64,000 bases of DNA from a virus (taxonomy: Duplodnaviria; Caudoviricetes). The position numbers and the translations under genes are program-made. The notes under the pieces were generated by a model. The model had not been told where the DNA came from, made no database searches, and was given only the letters and a program-made list of their open reading frames with translations. Below are positions 8,843 through 17,420 of the stretch, one piece after another. The stretch spans positions 32,001-96,000 of the IMG/VR virus record IMGVR_UViG_3300005662_000021. One strand, 5' to 3'. The stretch's first letter is position 1. Every line of letters starts with the position of its first letter.

Positions 8843-8874
8843 TTTGGAAATTAGAAAATGAAATCGTAATTTTG
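8843..8874 (+). promoter_or_regulatory. Bacteroidota-type promoter
   Basis: TTTG-N20-TAATTTTG, 12 nt before tRNA-like RNA at 8887. Confidence 0.7.
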
Positions 8875-8886
8875 TGATACAATAAT

Positions 8887-9034
8887 AGTCCTGTGGCGGA
8901 ATTGGTAGACGCTATTAAGATAACTAAGGCAGTATATTTTCTCGGAGTAAATATGCAAAGTCATAGTGTTGTACAGATTATCCGAGTGACGAGTACATGC
9001 TTAATTTTTACAGGTTCGAATCCTGTCAGGACTA
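8887..9034 (+). ncRNA. tRNA-Leu-scaffold RNA with replaced anticodon arm (copy 2)
   Basis: AGTCCTG/CAGGACT, Leu-type D-arm, ACAGG-TTCGAAT-CCTGT; attaag/cttaat stem closes about 80-nt insert. Confidence 0.7.
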
Positions 9035-9247
9035 CAAAAAATTAAAAAATAAAAGTTATGGACACACATTATTGGGTAAGATTTGAGATTAGAATTGAAA
9101 CTATCAACAATCAATTAACTTCTGATGAACAAAAAGAAATCTTTGACTATATAAAATCAAGAATTGACGGTAGAGATGACATAGATAGACCTAAAAAGTT
9201 GGATTGTTGTTTTGTCAATATGAGGAAATTTTAGATAAGTTAAATCA

Positions 9248-9377
9248 AGTCCTGTGGCGAAAGCTAAGGGTAGAGTGAAGATTGAATGTTCAGACACTCC
9301 TTAATACTAGGATTGGAGCGAAAGGTCTAACATAAACAATATGTAGCTTAATACGGGTTCGAATCCTGTCAGGACTA
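9248..9377 (+). ncRNA. tRNA-Leu-scaffold RNA with replaced D/anticodon region (copy 3)
   Basis: AGTCCTG/CAGGACT, TGGCGAAAGC, T-arm GGTTCGAATCC. Confidence 0.6.
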
Positions 9378-9404
9378 TTTTTTAAACTATAAAATTAAAA
9401 TATA

Positions 9405-9617
9405 ATGAACGCAAGAAAAGAAATACTTGGAAAAATAGAAGAGTTTGAAAAACGTGTGAAGTATTGGAAAGATAGACAAATAAATTTTAAATGGACAGAA
9501 GAAACTATAAAAGAGGGTGACCCATTATTTGTAATGTGTCAAGATTTTGAACATTCTTTTAAAGAAAAAATATTACTCTTGCAATGGGTATTAGATTTAA
9601 TTAAAGATGAAAATTAA
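9405..9617 (+). CDS. hypothetical protein
   Basis: 70-aa ORF. Confidence 0.55.
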   Translation: MNARKEILGKIEEFEKRVKYWKDRQINFKWTEETIKEGDPLFVMCQDFEHSFKEKILLLQWVLDLIKDEN

Positions 9618-9956
9618 AACAAACTAATATGATAAATAAAATTTCAGCACTTTTTGCACTTTTAATCGGTATAATGTATTTTTCTTTATTTGCATACGAT
9701 ATAGAATATGACCGAGATTTAATGACTTGGTTTTGGCTATTATTTTCCGAAATTTGGTTTATGATTAGTTTACGTTTTTGGATTTTATATGATAAAAATA
9801 ATTAAAAAATGTTAGTAATTATTGGTCTTTTATTTTTGATAATTGGAATCTTATTCTTAATTTTGTCTTACAAAACAAAGAACTCAGACTTGTTTATAGT
9901 TGGAATTATATTTCTAATTGTTCTTTTGTTTGGATTTATATATGGTTTAATAATAT

Positions 9957-10031
9957 AGAGTAGTAGCGCAATTGGTAGCGCACTCGGTTTGGGACCGAGA
10001 GATTTTGCAGGTTCGAGTCCTGTCTACTCTA
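9957..10031 (+). tRNA. tRNA-Pro(TGG)
   Basis: AGAGTAG/CTACTCT; ctcgg-TT TGG GA-ccgag. Confidence 0.9.
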
Positions 10032-10039
10032 CAAGATTT

Positions 10040-10116
10040 AGGAAAGTATCCCCTCAGCCTTATACGCCGTAGAAAGGGTAACTGGTAACATATGGGTTCG
10101 AACCCCATCTTTCCTA
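10040..10116 (+). ncRNA. non-cloverleaf tRNA-like RNA with Ile(TAT)-type loop
   Basis: AGGAAAG/CTTTCCT acceptor, A73, CT TAT AC loop at nt 20-26, TGG D-loop-like motif 3' of it, ATGGG-TTCGAAC-CCCAT T-arm. Confidence 0.7.
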
Positions 10117-10129
10117 CAAAATTATAATA

Positions 10130-10206
10130 CGGCAAGTATACCCTCCGTCTGATACACGGTAGAAAGGTTAATTGGTTACATATAGGTTCGATTCCTATCT
10201 TGCCGA
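10130..10206 (+). ncRNA. non-cloverleaf tRNA-like RNA with Ile(GAT)-type loop
   Basis: CGGCAAG/CTTGCCG acceptor, A73, ccgt-CT GAT AC-acgg, ATAGG-TTCGATT-CCTAT T-arm; same 77-nt layout as 10040..10116. Confidence 0.75.
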
Positions 10207-10215
10207 CAACAATAA

Positions 10216-10289
10216 GTCTCAGTAACTCAGTGGTTTAGAGTTCTCGACTGTTAATCGAGTGGTCGTAGGTTCGAATCCTACCTGGGACG
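10216..10289 (+). tRNA. tRNA-Asn(GTT)
   Basis: GTCTCAG/CTGGGAC; ctcga-CT GTT AA-tcgag. Confidence 0.92.
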
Positions 10290-10305
10290 CAAATTTTAAT
10301 AAATT

Positions 10306-10533
10306 ATGGTTAATGTAAAAATTGGTGAATTTAAGGTTGGTGATAAGTTGTTTATTGATTATAGTGAAGATAATCCAAACAATAAACACATCGAAATTAG
10401 AGCAATTGTGGATATGGAGGTGGTGATTTATTTGGATGACAAAAATAACTACCATATGGAACCAATTCATTACTTCAATGTGTTATGTAGATGTCACTCA
10501 CTTAAAAAAATAACAAATGAAACGGACAATTAG
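10306..10533 (+). CDS. hypothetical protein
   Basis: 75-aa ORF. Confidence 0.55.
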   Translation: MVNVKIGEFKVGDKLFIDYSEDNPNNKHIEIRAIVDMEVVIYLDDKNNYHMEPIHYFNVLCRCHSLKKITNETDN

Positions 10534-10672
10534 AAAACCAAGTTCTGCAAAGTTTTATGAAATGCTTAGAAATAAGTACAACAACTACATTAAGAAACAA
10601 GAAAATGAAATGGAAGATTCTACAAATTAGATTCCAACCTAAAAAATTTAATTAACAATATATAATTTTCAT

Positions 10673-11182
10673 ATGAAAAAAGAGTTTTTATTTAATGATA
10701 ACATTATTGATTTTGAATTTGACGAAGTAATAGATAAAAAAATAAATGTTAAGGTATTTCACTATTTCAATAATAATCTTTTATTTGAAAAAATTGATGA
10801 TAGAATAATTTGTCTTAAAGGTATTGGTAAATTATTCTTTCAAGAAGGATTCCCAATTTCATTATCTATTTCAAAATTAAAAGAACAAGGGGTTGAGGTT
10901 AGTATATTACACGTTGCTGATGAATGTTTAAAAAATGGGTGGTCACCAATCACAACATATAATAAATTAAAATCTGACTTTGAAGAAGATATTGACAAAG
11001 AAAATCATTATGATTTACATTTATTAAAAAAATTTTGTGAATCAAATTATGAAGACCAAAGAGAAATGATATTTGAATATCTGTTTAAATGCAAAACTGA
11101 TGATGTTAGAAATAAAAAAAATGAAAATCCAATAAATTGGTTACAATCACTTGTAACTAGTGGGGCTAAAAATAAACTTTAA
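10673..11182 (+). CDS. hypothetical protein
   Basis: 169-aa ORF. Confidence 0.6.
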   Translation: MKKEFLFNDNIIDFEFDEVIDKKINVKVFHYFNNNLLFEKIDDRIICLKGIGKLFFQEGFPISLSISKLKEQGVEVSILHVADECLKNGWSPITTYNKLKSDFEEDIDKENHYDLHLLKKFCESNYEDQREMIFEYLFKCKTDDVRNKKNENPINWLQSLVTSGAKNKL

Positions 11183-11191
11183 CAAGAAAAT

Positions 11192-11266
11192 GACCCTGTA
11201 GCTTAGCTGGTTTAAAGCACAATACTTTTAATATTGGGAGCGGGAGTTCGAATCTCCCCAGGGTCA
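11192..11266 (+). tRNA. tRNA-Lys(TTT)
   Basis: GACCCTG/CAGGGTC; caata-CT TTT AA-tattg. Confidence 0.92.
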
Positions 11267-11275
11267 CAACACAAT

Positions 11276-11360
11276 GTCCTTATGGTGTAATGGTTAAACA
11301 TCCCACTCTTACAAAGTGGAGACGAGAAGTATAATCCTAGTTCGAATCTAGGTAAGGACA
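11276..11360 (+). tRNA. tRNA-Val(TAC) with enlarged variable region
   Basis: GTCCTTA/TAAGGAC; ccact-CT TAC AA-agtgg; 16-nt variable region. Confidence 0.8.
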
Positions 11361-11388
11361 CATTAAATGATTTTTAAAATATAAAAAA

Positions 11389-11637
11389 ATGAAAAAAATA
11401 TTATTTCTTGGTTTGATATCTGTATTATTCCTTAGTTGCAAAAGAGAAGCTAAAGAAGAAATAGAAACAGATAATACTAATTATAGTGTTGAACTTCTAT
11501 TTGAAGTTGATGGATGTAAAGTCTATCGATTTTTGGATGGTGAATTCCATTATTTCACAACTTGTAATGGTTCTGTAACTCATAAAAGTAATGAAAAAAA
11601 CTCCAAAGATTTGGAAATACAAACCGTTGTGAAATAA
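11389..11637 (+). CDS. putative lipoprotein
   Basis: MKKILFLGLISVLFLSC lipobox-type signal. Confidence 0.7.
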   Translation: MKKILFLGLISVLFLSCKREAKEEIETDNTNYSVELLFEVDGCKVYRFLDGEFHYFTTCNGSVTHKSNEKNSKDLEIQTVVK

Positions 11638-11868
11638 AGATTTGAACAATTAAGGGACCGAGCCTGCCTACAATTTCGGTGTGAGGTGCTAGTAGGTAAT
11701 TGTTCTTTATGTTATAATAGTACCACGAGGCATCCCATAAGAACTGCTCACTGCTGTGGTCTTGTTGCTTGTAAACGAATAGCCCAAGGTATAAGTTAGG
11801 AAGCTTAACTCAACCTATCCCCCACTGACGAGTGGGGTGAAGTTGGGGGATTAAAAAAGAAACAATAG

Positions 11869-11954
11869 GGTCGGGTGGCCGAGTTGGTTAAGGCACTAGT
11901 CTGCAAAACTATCGAATGAAAAATTCATCGTGGGTTCAAATCCCTCCCCGACCT
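11869..11954 (+). tRNA. tRNA-Cys(GCA) with long variable arm
   Basis: GGTCGGG/CCCGACC, U73, CT GCA AA loop, gaat/attc variable hairpin. Confidence 0.85.
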
Positions 11955-12015
11955 CAAAAAAAAAGTTCAGTTAGTTATTTTTACTCATTTTGTTGATATT
12001 TATATATATATATAT

Positions 12016-12765
12016 ATGAAATGGAATGATAACGATATTGAAAAATTAATTGATTTGGTTAATCAAGGATTAAAACCAAATAGTATTGCTGAAATTTTTG
12101 GGGTTACGTATAAAACGATAACTAATAAAATGTTTAGATTGGGTTTACAAGTAGTTTATACAACAAATAAAACTTGTAAAAATTGTGGAAATACATTTGA
12201 GTCTTATTTAAGTAAAAACAAATTATTTTGTAATTCATCTTGTTCAACAACGTTTAATAATAAAAAACGTAAACATAGTGAAGAAACTAAAAATAAAATA
12301 TCAAAAACATTAAAAAGTAAACCAACTAAACCAACTAAGCCTACTAAACCTAAAGTTGGTAAAATAAAAACTTGTAGGATTTGTAATAATAAAGTTATTG
12401 AAAAGTACAAAATTGTTTGTACTAATTGTAGGTTAGAGTATTATCAATATTATAGACCTTCTTGTACTTTTCAATTTAATGTAAAGGATTATCCACAAGA
12501 ATTTGATTTAATTTTAATTGAACAATATGGATGGTATTCTCCAACAAATAAAAAAAATAATTTGGTTGGAGTCACAAAAGACCATAAATATTCAGTGATG
12601 GAAGGTTATAGAAATAAAATAGACCCTAATATTTTATCTCATCCAGCAAATTGTGAATTACTTTTATTTTCGGATAATTCGTCTAAAAATGGTAAATCGT
12701 CTTTAACATTAACCGAATTGCTTGAAAATATTGAAATTTGGAATAAGAAATACGGAAATATTTAA
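12016..12765 (+). CDS. putative HNH-family homing endonuclease with zinc-finger
   Basis: CKNC..FCNSSC; C-terminal TKDHKY..SHPANC..NSSKN; sits between tRNA-Cys and tRNA-Trp. Confidence 0.7.
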   Translation: MKWNDNDIEKLIDLVNQGLKPNSIAEIFGVTYKTITNKMFRLGLQVVYTTNKTCKNCGNTFESYLSKNKLFCNSSCSTTFNNKKRKHSEETKNKISKTLKSKPTKPTKPTKPKVGKIKTCRICNNKVIEKYKIVCTNCRLEYYQYYRPSCTFQFNVKDYPQEFDLILIEQYGWYSPTNKKNNLVGVTKDHKYSVMEGYRNKIDPNILSHPANCELLLFSDNSSKNGKSSLTLTELLENIEIWNKKYGNI

Positions 12766-12793
12766 AAGTTATTATTATCTTTACAAAACATAT

Positions 12794-12868
12794 GGGAATG
12801 TAGCTCAATTGGATTAGAGTAGTGGATTCCAGACCCACAGGTTATAGGTTCGAGTCCTATCGTTCTCG
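12794..12868 (+). tRNA. tRNA-Trp(CCA)
   Basis: GGGAATG/CGTTCTC, G73, TT CCA GA loop. Confidence 0.88.
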
Positions 12869-12899
12869 CAAATTTTATCAACAATTTAAAATACTTATT

Positions 12900-13211
12900 A
12901 TGGTAAGGGATTACATAATCGAAACATTAAAGAAAATCAAGGAACACGATGAGAAGGTGCACAAGTTGTATGATATGGGAGTTGATTTACTTGACTTTAA
13001 CAATACCACGTCCCAACTTGAGAAGTCTATTCCGACCATCCTCAGAAAAGAAAAAGACGAATCATACGGATGGATACAGGATTTAGTTGGTTGGTGGTTG
13101 TATGAAAATATTGAAAAAAAGATTTGGTATGATGAAATTGAAGTTAATGTTGAAAGTGTCGAAGATTTTACCGACTATTTATTAAAAGAGTACAGCTCTA
13201 TTAATGAATAA
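12900..13211 (+). CDS. hypothetical protein
   Basis: Start moved to ATG 12900; upstream part of track ORF overlaps tRNA-Trp. Confidence 0.6.
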   Translation: MVRDYIIETLKKIKEHDEKVHKLYDMGVDLLDFNNTTSQLEKSIPTILRKEKDESYGWIQDLVGWWLYENIEKKIWYDEIEVNVESVEDFTDYLLKEYSSINE

Positions 13212-13222
13212 TCGTTTAAACT

Positions 13223-14560
13223 ATGAAAATTTTCTATTCAATTTTACTAATCTTTTTACCTTTTTTAATTTATTCCCAAGGTCTTATAATAAATGAAATA
13301 TCAAATGGTGATTCTGGAAACAGAGAATATTTTGAGTTAGTTGTTATTGGCTCGACTTCAAACCCTACAATAAGTGTAGACTTGGGTGGATGGATAATAG
13401 ATGATAATAATGGAGATTTTGAAGGTGTTTTAAGTGGGGTTGGTACAGCTCAAGGTCATATAAGAATTAAACCAGGATGTTTATCTAATGTAAAACCTGG
13501 GTCAATTATTTTAATTTATAATAGTGCTGATGTTAATCCCACTTTTGGGATAACTCCAGACCCATTAGATTTTGATGGTGATTGTGTTTATATTTTACCA
13601 ATAAGTGATTTGTGTTTGGATAATACATCAAATTTACCAACAACAACAAATCCATTGTATACTCCAGTTAGTTATACCGCAACAAGAATTTGGGATAGGA
13701 TTGGATTTAGAAATGATGGTGATGCCGCACAAGTTAGAAGTCCAAATGGTTTATTTTTTCACGGATTTTCATACGGGGATGTGTCAACCCCATTTCCCAC
13801 TTTTCCATTTGGTGGTTCATCTTTTAATATTATAACAGGGAGTGGATTACAAAGAAATTATTTTTTCAATAGTGGTAGTTTTGGAGCAAAAGTCAATTTC
13901 AGTAGAGGTGTTGCCCCAACAAATGAAACTCCAGGTCAACCAAATAATGATGCCAATAGATATTTTATAAATTCATTAAGAATTGGGACTTATAATTATT
14001 CAAACTTATTAGACCCAATTAATATTGGTTCATCAACAACATTGGTTGATTGTGGGACAATATTACCAATTGGTATAATTGAATTTAAGGGAACAAAAAT
14101 TAACGATAATGTCAATCTTCAATGGACGCTTGATAATGTCACAGAAGTCAATTATATTGAGTTGGAGAAGAGTTCAAATGGTTATGATTTCTATCCCATT
14201 TCTGAGATTTATCCTTATGATTTAACAATGAATTATATTGATGATTTGACTTACTCAGAAAATTATTATAGACTTAAAATTGTTGAATATAGTGGTGATA
14301 TAACTTATAGTAATATTATTAATATCTCAAATAAAATTAACGATGATGTATTAATATATCCCAATCCAACAAAAGATATATTGAATATAAAAACAATCAA
14401 AAATATTAATAGAATTTCACTATTTAATGAACTTGGGGTTGAATTTGTTATTGAGAATCCGACATCTCAAATTGATTTATCCTCATTGTCAAAAGGAATT
14501 TATATAGTTAAGATTAATATTGATGAGAATACAATTATTAAAAAAATAATATTAATTTAA
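13223..14560 (+). CDS. T9SS (Por) C-terminal sorting domain protein
   Basis: Signal peptide; LIINEI lamin-tail-like start; LPIGIIEF..W..ELEKSSNG; IYPNP..LNI..IDLSSLSKGIYIVKI..KKIILI. Confidence 0.85.
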   Translation: MKIFYSILLIFLPFLIYSQGLIINEISNGDSGNREYFELVVIGSTSNPTISVDLGGWIIDDNNGDFEGVLSGVGTAQGHIRIKPGCLSNVKPGSIILIYNSADVNPTFGITPDPLDFDGDCVYILPISDLCLDNTSNLPTTTNPLYTPVSYTATRIWDRIGFRNDGDAAQVRSPNGLFFHGFSYGDVSTPFPTFPFGGSSFNIITGSGLQRNYFFNSGSFGAKVNFSRGVAPTNETPGQPNNDANRYFINSLRIGTYNYSNLLDPINIGSSTTLVDCGTILPIGIIEFKGTKINDNVNLQWTLDNVTEVNYIELEKSSNGYDFYPISEIYPYDLTMNYIDDLTYSENYYRLKIVEYSGDITYSNIINISNKINDDVLIYPNPTKDILNIKTIKNINRISLFNELGVEFVIENPTSQIDLSSLSKGIYIVKINIDENTIIKKIILI

Positions 14561-15202
14561 ATGGCTTATATTGAAGGTAATTTTTTCCCCTTAAAGGTAT
14601 ATGTTCGAAATGAATATCTATATCAAAATAAGAAGGGATTTGGTGAATTTACTGAGGGTGTTATAATATCAATTAGATGTTTACCAGGACAAGCGGCACT
14701 ATTCCAAGTATTATTTAATAATGGTGTTATGAGAGATAAACTTCCATCTCACGCATTATTAACTGAACCAAAATTACCTGATGTTGATTTACCATTCCAT
14801 TATCTTCAAATATGGAATTGTTTTTCATATAATTTCTCGGTACATCATTTAAGTTATGTCTATGATACCAGAGTTTCAGTCTTTATGAAAGATAAGAAAT
14901 GGTATGATGGAAGTTATTATGCCACAATAAATTGGGGTTCTAGTGATTTGAATAGTGATTTTACCTTGGCTGAAGACCCAATGGAACATAAGTCACACCA
15001 TATATTACTACTAGATAATGGCCAGATTGCCCTACAACCGAATAATAGGATAAGATGGTCAGAACCATCCTTTGTCACAAAATCTTTCCCTGAGAGACCT
15101 GATTATTTGGTTAATAAGGATTATTATAATTGTGAGGGTTATGATAAGTGGGCGACCGAGGATTCTGAGTATATGTTTTATGATACAAATGAAAATAAAT
15201 AA
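14561..15202 (+). CDS. hypothetical phage protein
   Basis: 213-aa ORF abutting upstream gene. Confidence 0.65.
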   Translation: MAYIEGNFFPLKVYVRNEYLYQNKKGFGEFTEGVIISIRCLPGQAALFQVLFNNGVMRDKLPSHALLTEPKLPDVDLPFHYLQIWNCFSYNFSVHHLSYVYDTRVSVFMKDKKWYDGSYYATINWGSSDLNSDFTLAEDPMEHKSHHILLLDNGQIALQPNNRIRWSEPSFVTKSFPERPDYLVNKDYYNCEGYDKWATEDSEYMFYDTNENK

Positions 15203-15211
15203 TTTTTAAAT

Positions 15212-15727
15212 ATGACACCAATGGTAATTGTAAATTTCTATAAACCCTATGATACAACTTGGGAACTACTCCAACTAATGGCATTGGATAAAATTGCCGA
15301 ACACGAAAAGGAAACAAGTGAAGTTGAATTTGGAGATGTATCCGTTCAACAACAATTTGATGATTATCGTGCAGCTTGTTTTCAAGGGTTAAAAACATTT
15401 ATAATGCAAGTTTTAAATGAATGGGGAACTGAAAACATCTTGGTGTTTAATGATAAATTCTATAAGAAATTTGAACATATGGAAATGGAGGGTAGATTAA
15501 AAACTTATACAACTCCCAATGTTTTCAAAACATCAAAAGAATTATTCAAATGTTTAAAGAAAGAAAAGTTTCAGTTAGAACCAGATGATTTTGATTTCAT
15601 TCACGAAACTTTTTCAAGTGCTGATGATGTTGTGTGTAATATATTCGCATTTGAATATGAATTAAAAGAAATTGATGATGATAAGGATTGGTTAGATGAG
15701 AACGGATTTGGTGATATTTTAGAATAA
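15212..15727 (+). CDS. hypothetical protein
   Basis: 171-aa acidic ORF. Confidence 0.6.
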   Translation: MTPMVIVNFYKPYDTTWELLQLMALDKIAEHEKETSEVEFGDVSVQQQFDDYRAACFQGLKTFIMQVLNEWGTENILVFNDKFYKKFEHMEMEGRLKTYTTPNVFKTSKELFKCLKKEKFQLEPDDFDFIHETFSSADDVVCNIFAFEYELKEIDDDKDWLDENGFGDILE

Positions 15728-15742
15728 AAAAAAGATAATAAT

Positions 15743-15955
15743 ATGAAAACAATAGGCGTATTAGAAGCATTGAAAGATGAAACAATTAAAAAAGGAGATA
15801 AAATAATTATTGAACTTATTGTTGATGAAATAGATATTGAAAGTATGTACCCATTATCTGCATTTTGTTTTAATAAATATGATGAAATATCAAAAACTAA
15901 TTATTTTAAATTGTCATGGAGTACTAAAATAAAAATAAAAGACAATAATAGTTAA
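15743..15955 (+). CDS. hypothetical protein
   Basis: 70-aa ORF. Confidence 0.5.
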   Translation: MKTIGVLEALKDETIKKGDKIIIELIVDEIDIESMYPLSAFCFNKYDEISKTNYFKLSWSTKIKIKDNNS

Positions 15956-16028
15956 TTTTTTTTGTAACCAACTTGACCTTTTGTATTATATCGTTATATT
16001 TAATAAAAAAATAGTAAAAACTTCACAA

Positions 16029-16100
16029 ATGAAACACAATCTCTATATGGACTTAACGACTGGAGCTGAGGGTAGAAATCCTCGGATGGAGATGGTATAA
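16029..16100 (+). CDS. putative leader peptide (23 aa) of an attenuator
   Basis: MKHNLYMDLTTGAEGRNPRMEMV*; 3' end can pair with downstream terminator arm. Confidence 0.5.
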   Translation: MKHNLYMDLTTGAEGRNPRMEMV

Positions 16101-16127
16101 TATAAGGTTTTAATTGTTAATAAAATC

Positions 16128-16164
16128 AAATCCATCTTCCTAAAAAAAAGATGGATTTTTTTTT
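16128..16164 (+). terminator. attenuator terminator
   Basis: aaatccatctt/aagatggattt + T-tract. Confidence 0.75.
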
Positions 16165-16173
16165 GTCACAGAG

Positions 16174-16204
16174 TTTGGGAATTAGAAATGGTTTTGTAAC
16201 TTTG
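16174..16204 (+). promoter_or_regulatory. Bacteroidota-type promoter
   Basis: TTTG-N19-TAACTTTG. Confidence 0.6.
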
Positions 16205-16208
16205 TGGT

Positions 16209-16688
16209 ATGAGAAAACAAACACCATACATATCCTCTTCGGTCGCCATAAAAGGGATTAATGATTCAGGACTTGCAAAGTCTGAAACAAACGATTGTGT
16301 AGTTAGAGCTTTTGCTTCAGCTTTCAACGTGACTTATGATTTTGCTCACAAAAAGGTTGCTGAAATATTTGGAAGAAAAAACGGACAAGGAACTTATTGT
16401 TTTAGTTTGGTGATGAGGTCTTTGGAAAGTAAAGGAATTAGTGTTAATAGAAAAAAAATTAAAACAATAAGTAAAGATGTGAACCTTTCTTATTGGATTA
16501 AGGTTAAAGGTGTAAACACTTTGAGAAGTATGACAACTGCAAAGTTTTTGGAGGATTATCCCAAAGGAACTTACATAGTCACAGTCAAAGGTCACGCTTT
16601 TACAATTAAAGATGGGGTGGTGATTGGAAATCCTGATGATGCAACAAAGAGAAAAAAAACTATCTATGGAGCTTGGAAAATTGGATAA
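16209..16688 (+). CDS. hypothetical protein, possible papain-like fold
   Basis: NDCVVRA Cys motif and VKGHAFTI His motif. Confidence 0.5.
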   Translation: MRKQTPYISSSVAIKGINDSGLAKSETNDCVVRAFASAFNVTYDFAHKKVAEIFGRKNGQGTYCFSLVMRSLESKGISVNRKKIKTISKDVNLSYWIKVKGVNTLRSMTTAKFLEDYPKGTYIVTVKGHAFTIKDGVVIGNPDDATKRKKTIYGAWKIG

Positions 16689-16737
16689 GATTACCTACTT
16701 TTGTGATGTTCATTGAAATTGAGGGAAAAATATTAAA

Positions 16738-16811
16738 GGGCTATTGGTGTAGTGGTCGAACATGCCACCCTGTCACGGTGGAGAACAGGGGTTCAAATCC
16801 CCTATAGCTCG
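16738..16811 (+). tRNA. tRNA-Asp(GTC)
   Basis: GGGCTAT/ATAGCTC; ccacc-CT GTC AC-ggtgg. Confidence 0.92.
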
Positions 16812-16824
16812 CAATACTTTAATT

Positions 16825-16914
16825 AATCGGTTGGTGTAAGTGGAAATGAATACCACCTTGGGTAGCAACCTATTTTTAGAATGGGGGATGTAGGTTCGAA
16901 TCCTACACTGGTTA
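16825..16914 (+). ncRNA. tRNA-like RNA without recognisable anticodon arm
   Basis: AATCGGT/ACTGGTT acceptor-like stem, GTAGG-TTCGAAT-CCTAC T-arm. Confidence 0.5.
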
Positions 16915-16932
16915 AAAAAAGTTTTAAAAGTT

Positions 16933-16961
16933 GGAACTAAATGATATGAAGGTTGGTTTAT
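16933..16961 (+). promoter_or_regulatory. ECF-sigma-like promoter GGAACT-N17-GTTTAT
   Basis: Third copy of motif. Confidence 0.55.
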
Positions 16962-17320
16962 AATAATGTAACTTAAAAAAATAGATTATGACAAACTTTA
17001 TGATAAATTTTATTATTCTTGCTATTTTTATAATGCTTTTGGGTTTTATTGGTAACTATATCATAAAAAAATATCCAGATTCTTGGGTAGCAAAATGGTG
17101 GGATGATATGACTGATATTGGTCATTGGTGGTAAATTAAAATAATATCTATGTCACGAGATTAAGATGTGACTTACGTTCTAAGGAGTTTACTTATTGTC
17201 AATTAGGGCGGACGAAGGCAACATAAGTTATATTATGGTGACTTGATATTCACCATAACGAATACAAGATATCAAAAAGAGAAGTGGAGAATCACTTATT
17301 CAAAACTTCTCTTAATTTTT

Positions 17321-17404
17321 GCCTAGGTGGTGTAATGGTAGCCACGCAAGACTTAAAATCTTGTGACCAGTAAGGTCGTGCGGGTTCGAGTCCCGCCCTG
17401 GGTA
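17321..17404 (+). tRNA. tRNA-Leu(TAA)
   Basis: GCCTAGG/CCTGGGT; caaga-CT TAA AA-tcttg; variable arm. Confidence 0.92.
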
Positions 17405-17420
17405 CAAAAAAATAAAAAAC

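Noticed and set aside
8446-9377. Inserts in the tRNA-like RNAs as group I introns
   Set aside because: Too short (under about 100 nt), no P7 core seen, and no clean anticodon loop is restored by removal
9947-10470. Minus-strand ORFs 9947..10135, 10219..10470 and 17927..18130
   Set aside because: They are reverse complements of tRNA genes (GFEP-type translations)
11820-11850. Hammerhead ribozyme at CTGACGA
   Set aside because: The motif lies within a simple hairpin and lacks the following stem II-GAAA core
11996-12018. (TA)n run as a phase-variation switch
   Set aside because: Short extension of the ATATTTATA motif in AT-rich DNA; no evidence of length variation from one sequence
12822-12899. 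N-terminal 26 codons of ORF 12822..13211
   Set aside because: Overlap tRNA-Trp; ATG 12900 is the plausible start
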